From Octopus vulgaris (lineage: Eukaryota), in the NCBI GenBank assembly GCA_951406725.2, contig OX597814.1, forward strand, positions 82,956,001-83,020,000: DNA of 64,000 nucleotides, in the 5' to 3' direction. Each line of letters opens with the position of its first letter. The stretch's first letter is position 1. A model generated the notes under the pieces. It was given only the letters and a program-made list of their open reading frames with translations, searched no databases and was not told the origin of the DNA. Shown here in pieces: positions 1-12,188 of the stretch. A program made the position numbers and the translations under genes.

Positions 1-35
1 TAGAAAGGGAGATTTCTCAAAGTCTTTCCTTTTAT

Positions 36-415
36 CATTTACTTGTTTCAGCCATTAGTCTGTTGGCATGCTGGGGCTCTGGCTTGAAGAATTTAGTCAA
101 ATAGATTGACACACCAGCACTAAAAGTATCTCTTGCTGAACCACTAAGTTACAGTGTTGTAAACAAACCAACATCAGTTGTCAAGCAATAGTGGGAGAGA
201 CAAATACAACACAAGACATGCCCATACACACATGTATGTGTGTGTGTATGCGACAGGCTTCTTTCAAATTTTTAATTTCTGCCAACCAAATCCACTCAAA
301 AGGCTTTGGTTGGTCCAGAGCCATAACAGAAAAGACTTACTCAAAGTACTAGACTGTGGGACTGAACCCAAGACTGCATAATTCGGAAGAGAGCTTCACA
401 CAATTGTGCAAGCAC
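36..415 (-). mobile_element. tRNA-derived SINE, family A (central CA/TA microsatellite, LINE-like 3' hairpin tail)
   Basis: Reverse B-box gggactgaaccc near 358-370, shared body aaatccactcaaaaggctttgg, tail tgtttcagccattagtctg. Homologous to copies at 23305, 33660, 37752 and 57375. Confidence 0.85.
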
Positions 416-519
416 CTAATTATGCACCTATTTCTAGCAGGTATATAAATTTTCACTATCAAGTCACATGGCCAAAATTACATCTCACCACTTCTATCAA
501 GTCATATTAGTGAGCAAGA

Positions 520-716
520 CAATGAGGGAACCACTGTGTAGCTATTTGACCAGCTAGAAATAGCTGATAAACCTCTCTTAGATTACACTGACATTTTAGG
601 AAAGAACATGATTAACATTGTGAACCTAGGTTCTCTACATACAAGGAAAAATGAGATGATCATGGCTGGGCTGTCTTTGATCCCAGGTCTAACCTGTGGC
701 TAAACAGGTGCAACAC
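520..716 (+). mobile_element. Interspersed repeat family D (gctagaaatagc-core SINE-like)
   Basis: Core cagctagaaatagctg...aacctctcttagattacac recurs near 5340, 5980, and reversed near 4905, 60020, 60300 and 60620. Confidence 0.6.
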
Positions 717-2019
717 AATAAAAAACCAACACTAGGTTTGACACATCACTGATACCGTATCACACCATCACCACCACCATCACCACCACTGGCTGATTTC
801 AAAGAACAATTGGAACAGTCCATAACCTACTTTGCCAGACATTTTAAGCATCTTGGTGACTATGATGGACCAACTGTGTTCTCTGCCTTCACATACTTTA
901 TTGCTCTATTGTCCACACTGCTCTCAACTTAGATGACTGGTCTCTGTTGGGTCTACATGGAGTAGACTCTTTCCTTAATGTGATTTAATATTCAACAGCC
1001 TTTCATATTAGAACAGAGTTCATGAGAAAAAACAGAATGCCTTCTGTTCATAGGTCTACTTGACTGATGCTGACCTGGGATTAAAAAACTATGACTGCAC
1101 CCTTTACATTCAACTTCTTCACTCTCATCTCTGTTACCATCCTGTTACTGTTATCTCAGACCTGTTATCTCTACAACTACCCCAACCATTCCCTCCTTAG
1201 TAATTTATTCTCTACCAGCATCCACATGAACACGTTTTATCATAAATCTGCCAGATCAGAGAATAACAGAGGATTAAACAACAATAACAACTAAAACTAC
1301 CACTAATTCACCTTTACCATTATCTCACCAGCCTTAATCTTACTATCAATTACTATCTCTACCAGCACAACAATATCTAACCTCATCCAATGATCATTAC
1401 TTTTAATACAATTTCTACTGACACACTGTCTAGTTACACTACTAGCACTATTACAGCCTTTACCACAAGAATATTTCCTAATAAGGAAATCTTACTAGAT
1501 CTACTTCTCAAAGTGACAGAAAGCATTAAAATGTTTTAGTAGAGCATTAACTGAAAAATAGGATTTAGTATATAAATGCTACTTAATTTATCTTGACAAC
1601 TTTAGTGAATAAAGTATCAATTTAAACCTTGTTGACACTGAACACAAGCTCTACAAAGTGTCTAATTAATAAACTGCTGTCTTGTTAGTATTATTTAGTT
1701 GCAATGCAACTCTACTGTCTATAGAATATATGCTATAATACATTCTCTCTTTCTTTGTTCATTTGTTTTACATTCATTTCACCATGCTGGCATGGGTTAG
1801 ATGAATATGCTATTGAGGTATTATCTTACAGCTGGATAACCTTCCTGATGCTTATCCATCCCTTTTTTTTAAGAGATTCCTTGTTCCACATAGTTTTGGA
1901 GGTATGAAGTGAGCAGACAAGTTATTGGCAGAAGTGTCAACAACAACACTGCTCAAGCATTATAACTTTTGAATATGTGAGTGCAGATATAAACAAACAC
2001 ACAGGACACCCATGTGCAT

Positions 2020-2021
<2 letters not shown>

Positions 2022-2082
<61 letters not shown>

Positions 2083-2106
2083 CACACACACACAGACACA
2101 CACACA
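2022..2106. repeat. (CA)n microsatellite
   Basis: Direct reading. Explains ORFs 1960..2229 and 2014..2430. Confidence 0.95.
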
Positions 2107-4693
2107 TACGTGGGTGTGTGTGTAGGTGTGGTGAGAGAAAATATAAATGGTAAGTTTTATTTTAAAAATGACAGAGATAATGCATGTCTTTCCAATACAA
2201 ACAACCATGGATTCTGTTTTAGTTATCACCCATCATCACCCAAACCACCACCACCTCAGTCATCATATTATCATTATTCTAATTGCCATCCTCTCAGTTT
2301 TCTTTTTTTTTTTTTTGTTTTCATCTTCATTGTCATGATCATCTTCATTATCATCATTGCTTTCAACCATTTTCATTTGTTTACCCATTCTGACATAGAT
2401 TATAAAAACAATGAATATATCAAAGCTTGAGCATATAATCATAACTGCATCAGCTCAGCTATCTATTTGCTAAAATTTCTGGATTCTGCATAAAAATTAT
2501 AACATGATTCTATTATCAGTAGGTTCTTAGAAACTGAAAGCAAAACAAAGGCATATTTTCTTTATTTGTTATTATTTCTTGATCTTATGTCATGTACTTG
2601 GTTGTAAAATGAGTGCTTGGTTTATGTCATTTTGTCAAAATATTTTGTCATACAGCTCTGTATGCAGAAATATAGAATCCATTATCTTGAGTTGAAATAG
2701 AAATTGTCATTATTTGCTTTCATTTGTAGCCTGTCTGTTATGCAATTCATGGACAAATGTGAATACTACCTAGTTGATAACAATGGTTGCTATAAATGTT
2801 GAACTGTAGTATTGCTTAAATCCATGTTTTTCATTGATTGCACACTCTACATCGGTCTCCTCTATGAACTCCAGTAACAGAACAGTGAAAAAACTGAAGA
2901 GAGATATTTGGTGAATTTCAATAATAGCCAAAAAATTGAGCTATAAAATGTTGCATTAATCAAATAGTGAACCATTGCTATCTACCATTTGGTAAAGTAT
3001 CACAATATGTACCAGGATAAAAAAAAAAACCAGACAAATATCAAATATGTTATATACATATATGTATGTCATACAAAGAATAATTTTATGAGAGGCTGTA
3101 TAGAATATTGTTTGATTTAATAACAAGGAAGATAAACAATTTTTTTCTGCAAGGAATAATGTTCTGAGCTGAATTATAAAAAAATTTAACAGCAAGCTGT
3201 TTGTATCATTGAATTTAAGAAATAATCTGAGTAAAATATTTTTCTTTCTAAATCAATATTAATGAACAAATATACCAATGAACATATATAATGCACATCA
3301 CTTCCAAGTTTACATTTGATAAGACCCAAAACAATATAAAGCTAGAGGCTATTTGTTGACAGATTACACCACAAGATCTCACAAAAGTTGGAAGCATATT
3401 ATGCCTTAATTATTTCAAAGTCTCTGTGAAATGTGAGCCCCCTAAGTTATAGCTTAATTTATTATTAATCTATGACTTGTGATTAACAAGTTGAATAATC
3501 ACTAGGAGAAAGAATTAGCTTCAGCAATGTCTATCTTTATAGACATAATGTACAATTTGTTGCATGCTTATGTGTGTGAATTAAGAAATAATGAAATTAC
3601 CAAAAGATGAAAGCTGGAAATATGAAATCATATAAAATCAGAGCATAGCCTCCAGTCAGAAAAGAATAGACACATAGAGAGAAAGTTAAGGGATGAAAAT
3701 TCTTTTATTTAAACATGGATCTAAAGACTTTTTTCTTCACTTGCAATAGAAAAAATCTCTCTAAAAAGTTGAAGACCAAAGTTGAAGCTCACTGAAAAAT
3801 TGTAGAATTTTCCACGAGACTTTTAAGTGTAAAAATTAAACTTTTCTTTTTGTCTGTCAATGTCCATCAAAAACTGACATCAAAGATTATTATTTGGGGA
3901 AAATGCCAGTAGGTATTATTACAGAGAGCAGAAATATAACCAAAATTAACTCTAATATTACCAAAATGTAGTAATTTTATTTGTCAGTGGTTTTGGTAAA
4001 CTTGAACATTTCAGGTTTAAATACAAAAAGACTATCTACCCAACTTTTTTAGTTTACATATAAATCTGGCCCTTGTGAGCATGCATTACAATATTATATA
4101 TAAAATATACTTGTGGCTTATAAAAGTGTTTTCCCCCCACTTTTGTTCTTAACATTTTTCTAATTAGAATAATCAAAATTTTGTAGATTGAAACATACTT
4201 TTACAAATTGCAATATGCATGTGTTATAAGTTTTCAATAGTGTTTCAAATATTAAATACTGAACCAAGACAAGTAGAATATGTCTTGTTTGGAGGTTAAT
4301 GTAAAGTTGGACTTATATAATATATGTATAGCACTTTCCTAATAGTTCTACTGTTATAAAACCTCATTTAAATGCAACAAAGTGTTTCCCTAGATAAACA
4401 AAAGACAGACTCAGTGCAGCATGTGTAAGACAGGTTACTATTATGATGTTATTTCGTCTCAGATTTGCCATGATAAAGCTATTCTGTCTAAACTCATTTT
4501 CAGTCAAAGTAATATTACTAGAATATTTAGCTTTAGATTGGTCATAAGCATACAGGCTCATTAGGTGGAACCTATCCGTAAGCAATTGAGAATACAATAC
4601 TCCCTTTGAATAGGGTACCTATCCAATGCTGGGTTTACTCACCAGCTAGTATTCATTATCTGCTAAGCAGGTTGGAACAATGTGAAATGAAGT

Positions 4694-4827
4694 GTTTTGC
4701 TTGAGAATAAAATACACCATACGATCATGAGTTCAATACTAGGCCACAAGCATTCGTGTTGTTTTGCTTGAGAATAAAATACACCATACGATCATGAGTT
4801 CAATACTAGGCCACAAGCATTCGTGTT
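4694..4827. repeat. Perfect 67-bp tandem duplication
   Basis: gttttgcttgagaataaaatacaccatacgatcatgagttcaatactaggccacaagcattcgtgtt at 4694-4760 and 4761-4827. Confidence 0.95.
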
Positions 4828-5534
4828 GGTATATTTCCAGACTACATTACCTACAATATGCGTGTCTCCTTTTTCTAGATGGTAAGGTATAATTTGAGTT
4901 GACTGCTATTTCTAGCAGGTTGGGTGACTACTTAGAGTCTGCTTGGCAGGGATCATGATCATTAGAGAATTGTTAGCAGTGTCAGAAGAGTCTGGAGAGG
5001 AATAGACTGAGTGGCAACAAACAGAGATAAGTAAACTGTGCTGATGGAGCATTATTGAGGACAGCTATAATGATTAATTCCTTACTAACTGCAAGTTCAT
5101 AGATGTAGAAATTATGATCGCATAAAAAGTGCAACATAACCACACCATTAGCCGTTAACAACAGTAAGAACAACAACTGTAGTAGCATTAATAATAGCAT
5201 TATTATGCTATATAATCGATTTAATATTATTATATAGATTATAACAATAATTAATATAATTATGTTATAGCAATAATTGTATTAACATTACCTACCCCGA
5301 GCTAAAGAAGGGAATCTCTATACAGTTGCCTGACATGCTAGAAATAGCTGCCAAATCTCTGCTAAATTCACCTTATCCTCTTAAAAAGGACAATGTTCTA
5401 AATTTATATAAAAGAAATGCATGATGGCTAAGGCTGGAATGTTCCTGTTCATAAGTCTACTTGATCTCAGCTGATGTGGAATTAAACAATGACAATAACA
5501 ATATTATCCACTCATCTCTTCTAGAGATTCTGTG

Positions 5535-5825
5535 TAGTTGTATGGTAAGAACCTTGCTTCCCAAGCACATGGTTCTGGGTTCAGTCCCACTGCATGGCAC
5601 CTGGGCAAATGACTTCTACTATAACTTTTGCCTTGTGAACAGACTTGGTAGAGGGATAACTAAAAAGAAGTCTATATATACGTGTGTGTGTGTGTGTGTG
5701 TGTGTGTGTAACTTAGCAGTTTGGCAAAAGTGATTGATAGAATAAGTACCAGGCTTAAAATTTAAAAAAACAAGCACTGGCCGCAGTGTAATGACTGAAA
5801 CAAGTAGAAGATAAATAACAAAAAG
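5535..5825 (+). mobile_element. SINE family A, internally deleted
   Basis: Head tggtaagaacc...gggttcagtcccactgc, (tg)n, tail ggccgcagtgtaatgactgaaacaag. Confidence 0.75.
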
Positions 5826-6349
5826 AAAAAAATAAAGAATCAAGAATTATGACAATGATTAACATTTCAAAAAACAAAGCATGAATAATAAGAATAACAA
5901 CAACAACAACAGCAGTAACACAAAACAAAGAGCCAACAATGTAAGCTAACAATGGAGCCTATATGTAGTAACTAAAACTGCTAGAAATAAGAGCCAAATA
6001 CCCCTCAAATTGCACACCACTGTCTTAGAACAGGACATGTAGGATTATATGATACCAGTTTCACTAACACACGAATACGATGGGATGGCCATGGAGGAAT
6101 GCTTTATATCATAGCTCTGCTCAATCATGATTGACATGAGTGTAAACAACTACAGCAGTACATGCCAATGAGAGAGAGAGTGAGAGAGAAAGACTCAAAG
6201 ATTGTTTCATCCGCTATAAATAGCAGTTGAATCCTCCTTGAATTACTATTATTTTATTGGCAACCTACATCAGGTAATAGCTTGAGTTGTCGTACAGATC
6301 ATAACAATGGAGATGTCATCTATACAGGAGAAACTTAGAGAATGACTAC

Positions 6350-6630
6350 CAAGATCACTCAGAAGCTAAATGTATTCCATTAATGGCATCTATACAGAAT
6401 ACTTAAGGACAGAATTACCAACTCTGAAGTCCTGAGAAGATCCAATCTATGCAGCCCACTGGTGGCTTGTGTCTGTAAAGTGAATGAAACAGCCAGAAGA
6501 GTGACTATGCAAGATAGCTACACAATGGGTACCACCAGAGAGATAAAGAAGCCATAGTACACCTTCATAAAAGATCTGAAGCAGCTTAGCATCACCTGGA
6601 AAGATTCAGGTAATGATGCCCAAAAACAGG
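6350..6630 (+). mobile_element. RTE-clade LINE, 3' ORF remnant
   Basis: Translates with stops and shifts to TQKLNVFH*WHLYRIL, DRITNSEVLRRSNLCS, QWVPPE and IKDLKQLSITW, typical RTE post-RT motifs. Confidence 0.65.
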
Positions 6631-6639
6631 ATTAATAGA

Positions 6640-8490
6640 GACATCTTGCTATCTGATGTAGTGGTCAACTGTACAGAAAGAACTAAGACTGAGACTAAAG
6701 ATGAAGTGTCTAGTAGCATATGAAAAGTATAGACGTGTGTATGGGCAGTGTATGATGTGTGATGATGTATGTTGATAGGTAGTAGTGTTAATGTGTGATG
6801 TATAAGTTTAAGTGGAAGTGAAAAAACATATGTAATGATTATCAATGTGTAGTTGTTATTGGCCAAGGATCAAGTAGACATATAACACATACTTATAGTT
6901 GGCTTAATGACCAGGTACAACCTGTAGATCATTATTTTTTCCCCTAGTTATAGTGTCTGAGATCCAAATTGCACATTTCTAAACATGCAGTGGTGAAACA
7001 AATGGAATGAAGTGTGACAGTTTGAACATTTTGTGTTCTCCACTGTCCTGTTTATTTCTGTACACTTATGAATTCTGGTGGATACCACTGTAGAGGTGGG
7101 AAAAGTAGAATCAGTCAGGATGGGGCAGTTACTGTTTTTCTGCACTTATTATTGATATTTTAGGCTTGTAAAGCCATTGCATCTATTTTTGTTTGTATGT
7201 GGTATTTTTATATTTGTCCAAGCTGAGTAGATGTGACAGTGATGATAGGATGTTGTCGTAGCATTAGTGATCTAAAATGTTGCATATGTGACTGGATGTC
7301 TGGAGATGATTTTTCATGTAATAGCAGAAACTGTGAGGGACAAAGATTGCTGTACTTTTGCATATCTAAATGATGTTTCATTTTCAATATTTATGTTTCA
7401 TTGTATAGGTGGTCTGTAGGTGTAGTCAGTGTACAACTACTGATCATGTACAATGTATTAAAGGCAGAATTGTTAGCATGACAAAATGCTTAGGAGCATT
7501 TTCCAACACATCATGTTCTGAGTTTATATCTTGCTGAGGTTGACTTTGCCATTCACCCTTTCAGGGTCGATAAAATAGGTACTAATTAAACATTGGGGAT
7601 TCATATAATTGACTAGCCTCCATCCCTAAGAAATTTCAGGCTTTGTACCTATAGTAGAAAGGATTATGTGTAAGGTACTGTTTTGTGTGCTTTGTGGTTT
7701 ATTTTGGTTTGTTGTGGAGATACTGAGATCAAAGGTGAGACTGACATAATCCACGATAGATCTCATATAGTTTGTACACCATCATTGTTTGTTTCTTTCT
7801 TTCTGTATGCAAAATGTGGCTCCTGAGATTGATTTAACTATGTTTGTGCATCAATTTGCTTTCTTTATTATGTCTTGTAGTTGAGTTATAAATGTGAAAG
7901 TATTGTATTTTTGTGTTCTATGTGTGGAATATTTATGTTGTGGTATATTTATGTTTGATTGTATTTGATGTTGCTTGTAAGAAAAAATGACAGTGGATTT
8001 AGTAGGTGTTACTTAAATTCTGTTCTTGTGGAGCCAGGTTTATAAGTGATTAATGCAGGATTGCAGTAATACTTATGCAGTCATGTCTGGAGGATAGTGA
8101 GGGAATGTGTGTATTGTCACCTGCATATGAAGCTGTGTATATGTTTTAAAGAGATGTGATGGTTGAAAAGTGTGGGTGACAGGATGTACCTCTGTGGTAC
8201 TCAATTCAGGCAAGTGCAAGTTCTCAAAGTGTTGTCCTTGCATATTACGTAAGCTTGGCTAGCAGACAAGTAGTTTGTTAGACAATATTTTATGTTGTTT
8301 CTTAAAGTGGTGTTCAGTATTTTGTGTATAATTAGATACTGAAGAATGAAGTCGAAAGCTCTGCTGATGTCAGTGATGCATGCGTGGGAGGTTTTGTTTT
8401 TTTGTGTGTGTCTGTGAGTGTTATTGAAGCCATTATATATGTTCTGTTTCAGGTTTGTGATGTGAATAGTGTAATGGTAAAGTGTGGGGT
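6640..8490 (-). mobile_element. Decayed non-LTR retrotransposon reverse transcriptase
   Basis: ORF 8201..8617 contains ITDISRAFDF (DxxxAFD). Downstream on the minus strand are VPQRYILSPTLFN (GVPQGS-LSP-LFN) near 8160-8200 and SYAGD (YADD) near 8117-8131. Left boundary approximate. Interrupted by a SINE. Confidence 0.75.
7462..7666 (+). mobile_element. tRNA-derived SINE, family B (Meta-domain-like gaggtcgactttgcctttcatcc core)
   Basis: ggcagaattgttagc head, ctgaggttgactttgccattcaccctttcagggtcgataaa core, tagtagaaaggattat tail. Homologous to 11002, 27732, 27965, 23125(-) and 49265(-). Confidence 0.8.
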
Positions 8491-8526
8491 TGAAGAGTAC
8501 AAGGGAGAGTGAAAGAGAGAATATGT

Positions 8527-8529
<3 letters not shown>

Positions 8530-8569
<40 letters not shown>

Positions 8570-8770
8570 TGCAAGGGAAAGAGAAATAGAGAAAGTTAGT
8601 AAAACAGTAAGCAACAAAAGAAATCAATTAGAAAGAAGAGAAAATAAAAGATAGAGAAATACAGGCATGAATTGACAGACAGATAGGTAGACAGACAGAT
8701 TGACAGACTGACAGACAGATAAACAGATAGATAGAGAGATAAACAGATTGACTGATTGATAGCTAGATAA
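8530..8770. repeat. (GA)n and (GACA/GATA)n simple repeats
   Basis: Direct reading. Confidence 0.9.
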
Positions 8771-9207
8771 ATGAAGTGATGCAAAATTGGATAGATTGAC
8801 AGATAACTTGAAAAATGGACAGAATAAAAAAATCTAAGACAGAGTTGAATGAAATGATGGAATCAGTTAGTTTAATGCTAAAATAATTTAAATCAGGCAC
8901 CACTTTCTGTTGTGTAGTATCAGTACGTGAGGAAATAGTGATGCTCAAGCAAAACTAGCTTTAGATCTACAAAGATCTGAGACAAATACTATGATGGAGA
9001 TCACACTTTAGGTGGAAAGTTAATCTTATTAGTGGACAGAAAAGGGTCAAAATTTCTGTAAGTAGGGAAACACATCAGTGAAATATGGGGTCAGAAATCC
9101 TTATCTTTGCAAGTTTGTAATATTCATTTTCCATAATTTCCATAAATGAATAATGATTGTGTAACTTTTGGGAAAATATATAAGTGTGTGTATATATATA
9201 TATATAT

Positions 9208-9846
9208 CATCATCATCATCATTTAGCGTCCATTTTCCATGCTAGCATGGGTTGGACGGTTTAACTGGGGTCTGTGAAGCCGGAAGGCTTCATCAGACCC
9301 AGTCAGATTTGGCAGTGTTTCTACGGCTGGATGCCCTTCCTAATGCCAACCACTCCGTGAGTGTAGTGGGTGCTTTTTACGTGCCACCTGCACAGTTGCC
9401 AGACAGAGCTGGCAAACGGCCATGAACGGATGATGTTTTTTACGTGCCACCGGCACGGGGGCCAGGTGAAGCTGGCAACGGACACGAATGGATGGTGCTT
9501 TTACGTGCTACCGGCACGGGGTCCAGGTGAGGCTGGTAACGGACACGAGTGGATGGTGCTTTTACGTGCCAACGGCACGGGGGCCAGGTGAAGGCTGGCA
9601 ACGGACACGAATGGATGGTGCTTTTACGTGCTACCGGCACGGGGTCCAGGTGAGGCTGGTAACGGACACGAGTGGATGGTGCTTTTACGTGCCAACGGCA
9701 CGGGGGCCAGGCGAGGCTGGCAACGGACACGAATGGATGGTGCTTTTACGTGCTACCGGCACGGGGGCCAGGCAAGGCTGGTAACGGACACGAGCGGATG
9801 GTGCTTTTACGTGCCATCCGCTCGTGTCCGTTGCCAGCCTCGCCTG
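9208..9846 (-). mobile_element. Retroposon family C ((GAT)n tail, ggaagggcatcc V-domain-like core) with expanded internal array
   Basis: (cat)n then tttagcgtccattttccatgctagcatgggttggacgg and ggatgcccttcctaatgccaacc. Homologous to 22388, 29672, 37140, 50800 and 56983. Confidence 0.85.
9369..9815. repeat. 61-bp GC-rich tandem array, 7 units plus a partial unit, A/B alternation
   Basis: Unit starts at 9369, 9432, 9494, 9555, 9617, 9678, 9739 and 9800. Units 9494 and 9617 are identical. Confidence 0.95.
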
Positions 9847-9878
<32 letters not shown>

Positions 9879-9972
9879 TGTATGAGTGTGTGTGTGTATG
9901 TGAATGTTTGAATATATATGCATACCAATGTATGTCTATATATATGTATATATACATCTATATACATATGTA

Positions 9973-10004
<32 letters not shown>

Positions 10005-10007
10005 TGT

Positions 10008-10059
<52 letters not shown>

Positions 10060-10220
10060 AGACTACTTCTTAACTAGGTCCAGTCTTACTGCATAGCATC
10101 TTAGCACTTTGATTAAGTGCCTTCTACAATGGCTTAAGACTAACCAAAGCCGTGAGTTTTTGGTAGACAGAAACTGAATGAAACCTATTGTGTACATACA
10201 CACACACACACACACACACA

Positions 10221-10460
10221 TAATAGAGAACTGAAAAGTTCCTGTCTTTAAGGGTATTGCAAAAGGCTTGCTTGGCTTTAAGGGTATCACAAAAAGCTTG
10301 CTTGGATGCCCAAACTTCTGAGTTCTTTTATAGGACTTAGAATAATTGAAGGATCACTACAATAAGCATATGAATCTGAGAGGAGAATATGTTGCATAAA
10401 GTCATAATTAACTGATGCTCCTGTATTTTCTTTTATCCAACTTTTCAACACCCCTTGTAT
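10221..10460. mobile_element. Mariner-like MITE
   Basis: Ends ctgaaaagttcc and aacttttcaacaccccttgta are inverted and mariner-like. Internal ~29-bp tandem duplication ctttaagggtatyrcaaaargcttgcttgg. Confidence 0.5.
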
Positions 10461-10537
10461 ATATGAGTGAGTGGAAAAATGCCAGAAAAAGGCAATCAAC
10501 ACATTTTGTAGGAGTTACATGTATTATTCTTTAAAAC

Positions 10538-10672
10538 AGTTTGATTCGGCTCCATGAGACTTAGATGAGACTTAGAAACCTCTCTCATTCAGGCTTAGAT
10601 TTAAGCCTGAATGAGATGGATTTCTGTAAGATGCCTGAGAATCTTAAACTCACATGGAACTGAATCAAAGTA
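10538..10672. repeat. Palindromic MITE-like element
   Basis: Central perfect 15-bp arms tctcattcaggctta / taagcctgaatgaga, outer arms tttgattcggctccatg / catggaactgaatcaaa. Confidence 0.65.
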
Positions 10673-10784
10673 TTTCTAATAATAATATACAAGTGTCAGC
10701 TGAAAGGTTTATAGGCTGACCAAGATACTCTTATGGAATGTGACTAAATGAAGCTTATTTTTCAATATAGTCTCCCTTGTAGTG

Positions 10785-11360
10785 AGTGAAGGGAAATGGC
10801 TCAGTGGTTAGAGTGTCGGGCTCACAATCATGAGACACTGAGTTTGATTCCTGGACTGGGCTGTGTGTTGTTCTTGAGCAAACATTTTATTTCACATTGC
10901 TCCAGTTTACCCAGTTTATCCAGTAGAAATGAGTTGTGACGTCACTGGTGCCAAGGTGTATCAGCCTTTGCCTTTTGCTTGGGTAATATTGGTGGCATGG
11001 AAAGGCAGCAAGCTGGCAGGAATGTTAGCATGCTGGGCGAAATGCTTAGTGGTATTTTGTCTGTCTTTACATTCTGAGTTCAAATTCCACCAAGGTCGAC
11101 TTTGCCTTTCATCCTTTCGGGGTTGATAAATTAAGTACCAATTGCATACTGGGGTTGATCTAATCGACTGGCCCCCTCCCCCAAAATGTCAGGCCTTGTG
11201 CCTTGAGTAGAAAAGTATATTGGTGGCATGGAGAGGTGGGGCTGGTATGCATGGGCAACTGCTGGTCTTCCATAAACAACCTTGCTTAGACTTGTGTATA
11301 TTGGGGAAATTTTCTAGGTGCGATCCCTTGGTCATTCATGAATAGCAGGATTTTTTACCC
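10785..11360 (+). mobile_element. tRNA-derived SINE, family E (CORE-like cttgagcaa body)
   Basis: A-box tggctcagtggttagag, B-box gagtttgattcc, ttcttgagcaaaacattttatttcacattgctccagt. Related copy at 29055-29290. Confidence 0.75.
11002..11216 (+). mobile_element. SINE family B nested in SINE E, with 16-bp target-site duplication
   Basis: TSD atattggtggcatgga at 10986-11001 and 11217-11232. Confidence 0.9.
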
Positions 11361-11865
11361 ACCTGCAGTCCATATACATCTTCTGTTGGTGTTGCAGTGC
11401 TTGGATCCCATTGTGAAGAAGCTTTCATCCTATTAGAAGTAAAAGTCATCAACAGCAGATATGATGTCATTATCACCATACTACTGGTTCCCAGCCTAAT
11501 GTGTTTTTCACATTGGGGAACTGATGATAGTTAGATGAGACTAAATCAGAACAGGAAGGGTGAGCGAGCAGTTCAACGCCACAGTCATGCACAGCAGCCA
11601 TTGAGACCAAAGACGTGTGTTGGAGCATTGTCCTGATGAAACAAGCCCTCGTTTGTCAGTTTTCCTGAACATTTGGTCTTGTTAATCTTTCATAACTACC
11701 TTAGCAAGTTGGCATAGCACTCTTCATTGATGGTGTGGGTCAATCTGGCCAGCCCCAACGAAAAACTAAGTTGGATATTTTGTTGTCCCATTTTGCATTC
11801 TTGTCCCATTTTGTATTTTATTTTATATATATATATTTATATAGATAGCAGCGTACATACACTTT

Positions 11866-11944
<79 letters not shown>

Positions 11945-11948
<4 letters not shown>

Positions 11949-12165
11949 AGTAGAAAGATATATTTTCAACTGTAAATATTAAACAGTATATATATAGGAT
12001 TGAACTCACATCCCTCTAATATCCGGTTAGAGTGCTCTACCTTTTAAAAAAGGATTTTATCCGATATATATACTGTTCAGTATTTACGCATTGAAAATAT
12101 ATCTTTCTACTTGTTCTACAATATATTTCAATGCTTCAAAAGCAAACTTATGTTTGTCTACATAT
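11945..12165. mobile_element. tRNA-headed repeat with inverted arms (same family as 42015-42480)
   Basis: 11945-12000 is inverted relative to 12059-12115 and brackets a reversed tRNA-like segment ggtagagcactctaaccggatattagagggatgtgagttcaatcc. Confidence 0.7.
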
Positions 12166-12188
12166 GATGTTATATATATATTTATATA

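Larger units (their letters stand above)
10688..11740 (-). mobile_element. Mariner transposase 3' remnant split by SINE insertions
   Basis: Reverse of ttatttttcaatatagtctcccttg gives the mariner C-terminus GDYIEK*. TIR-like tacaagtgtcagctgaaagg at 10688. Mariner-like sequence resumes after 11360. Confidence 0.6.

Noticed and set aside
3290-3950. Very old RTE-like LINE relic
   Set aside because: Only faint motif echoes (TFDK, SIASSQK, SKIIIW) are visible, not enough to call.
8339-8370. CTGAAGA..GAAA hammerhead-like string
   Set aside because: It is the antisense of the RT motif DISRAFD. Stems I and II do not pair and there is no UH site.
9263-9303. CTGATGA on the minus strand with a stem
   Set aside because: No GAAA follows. 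It is simply a long hairpin in the family C body.
9369-9815. CRISPR-like array
   Set aside because: Units are contiguous near-identical repeats without unique spacers, there are no cas genes, and the context is a eukaryotic retroposon.
9370-10057. Overlapping repetitive ORFs on both strands
   Set aside because: They are products of the GC-rich 61-bp array (length not a multiple of 3) and adjacent microsatellites.
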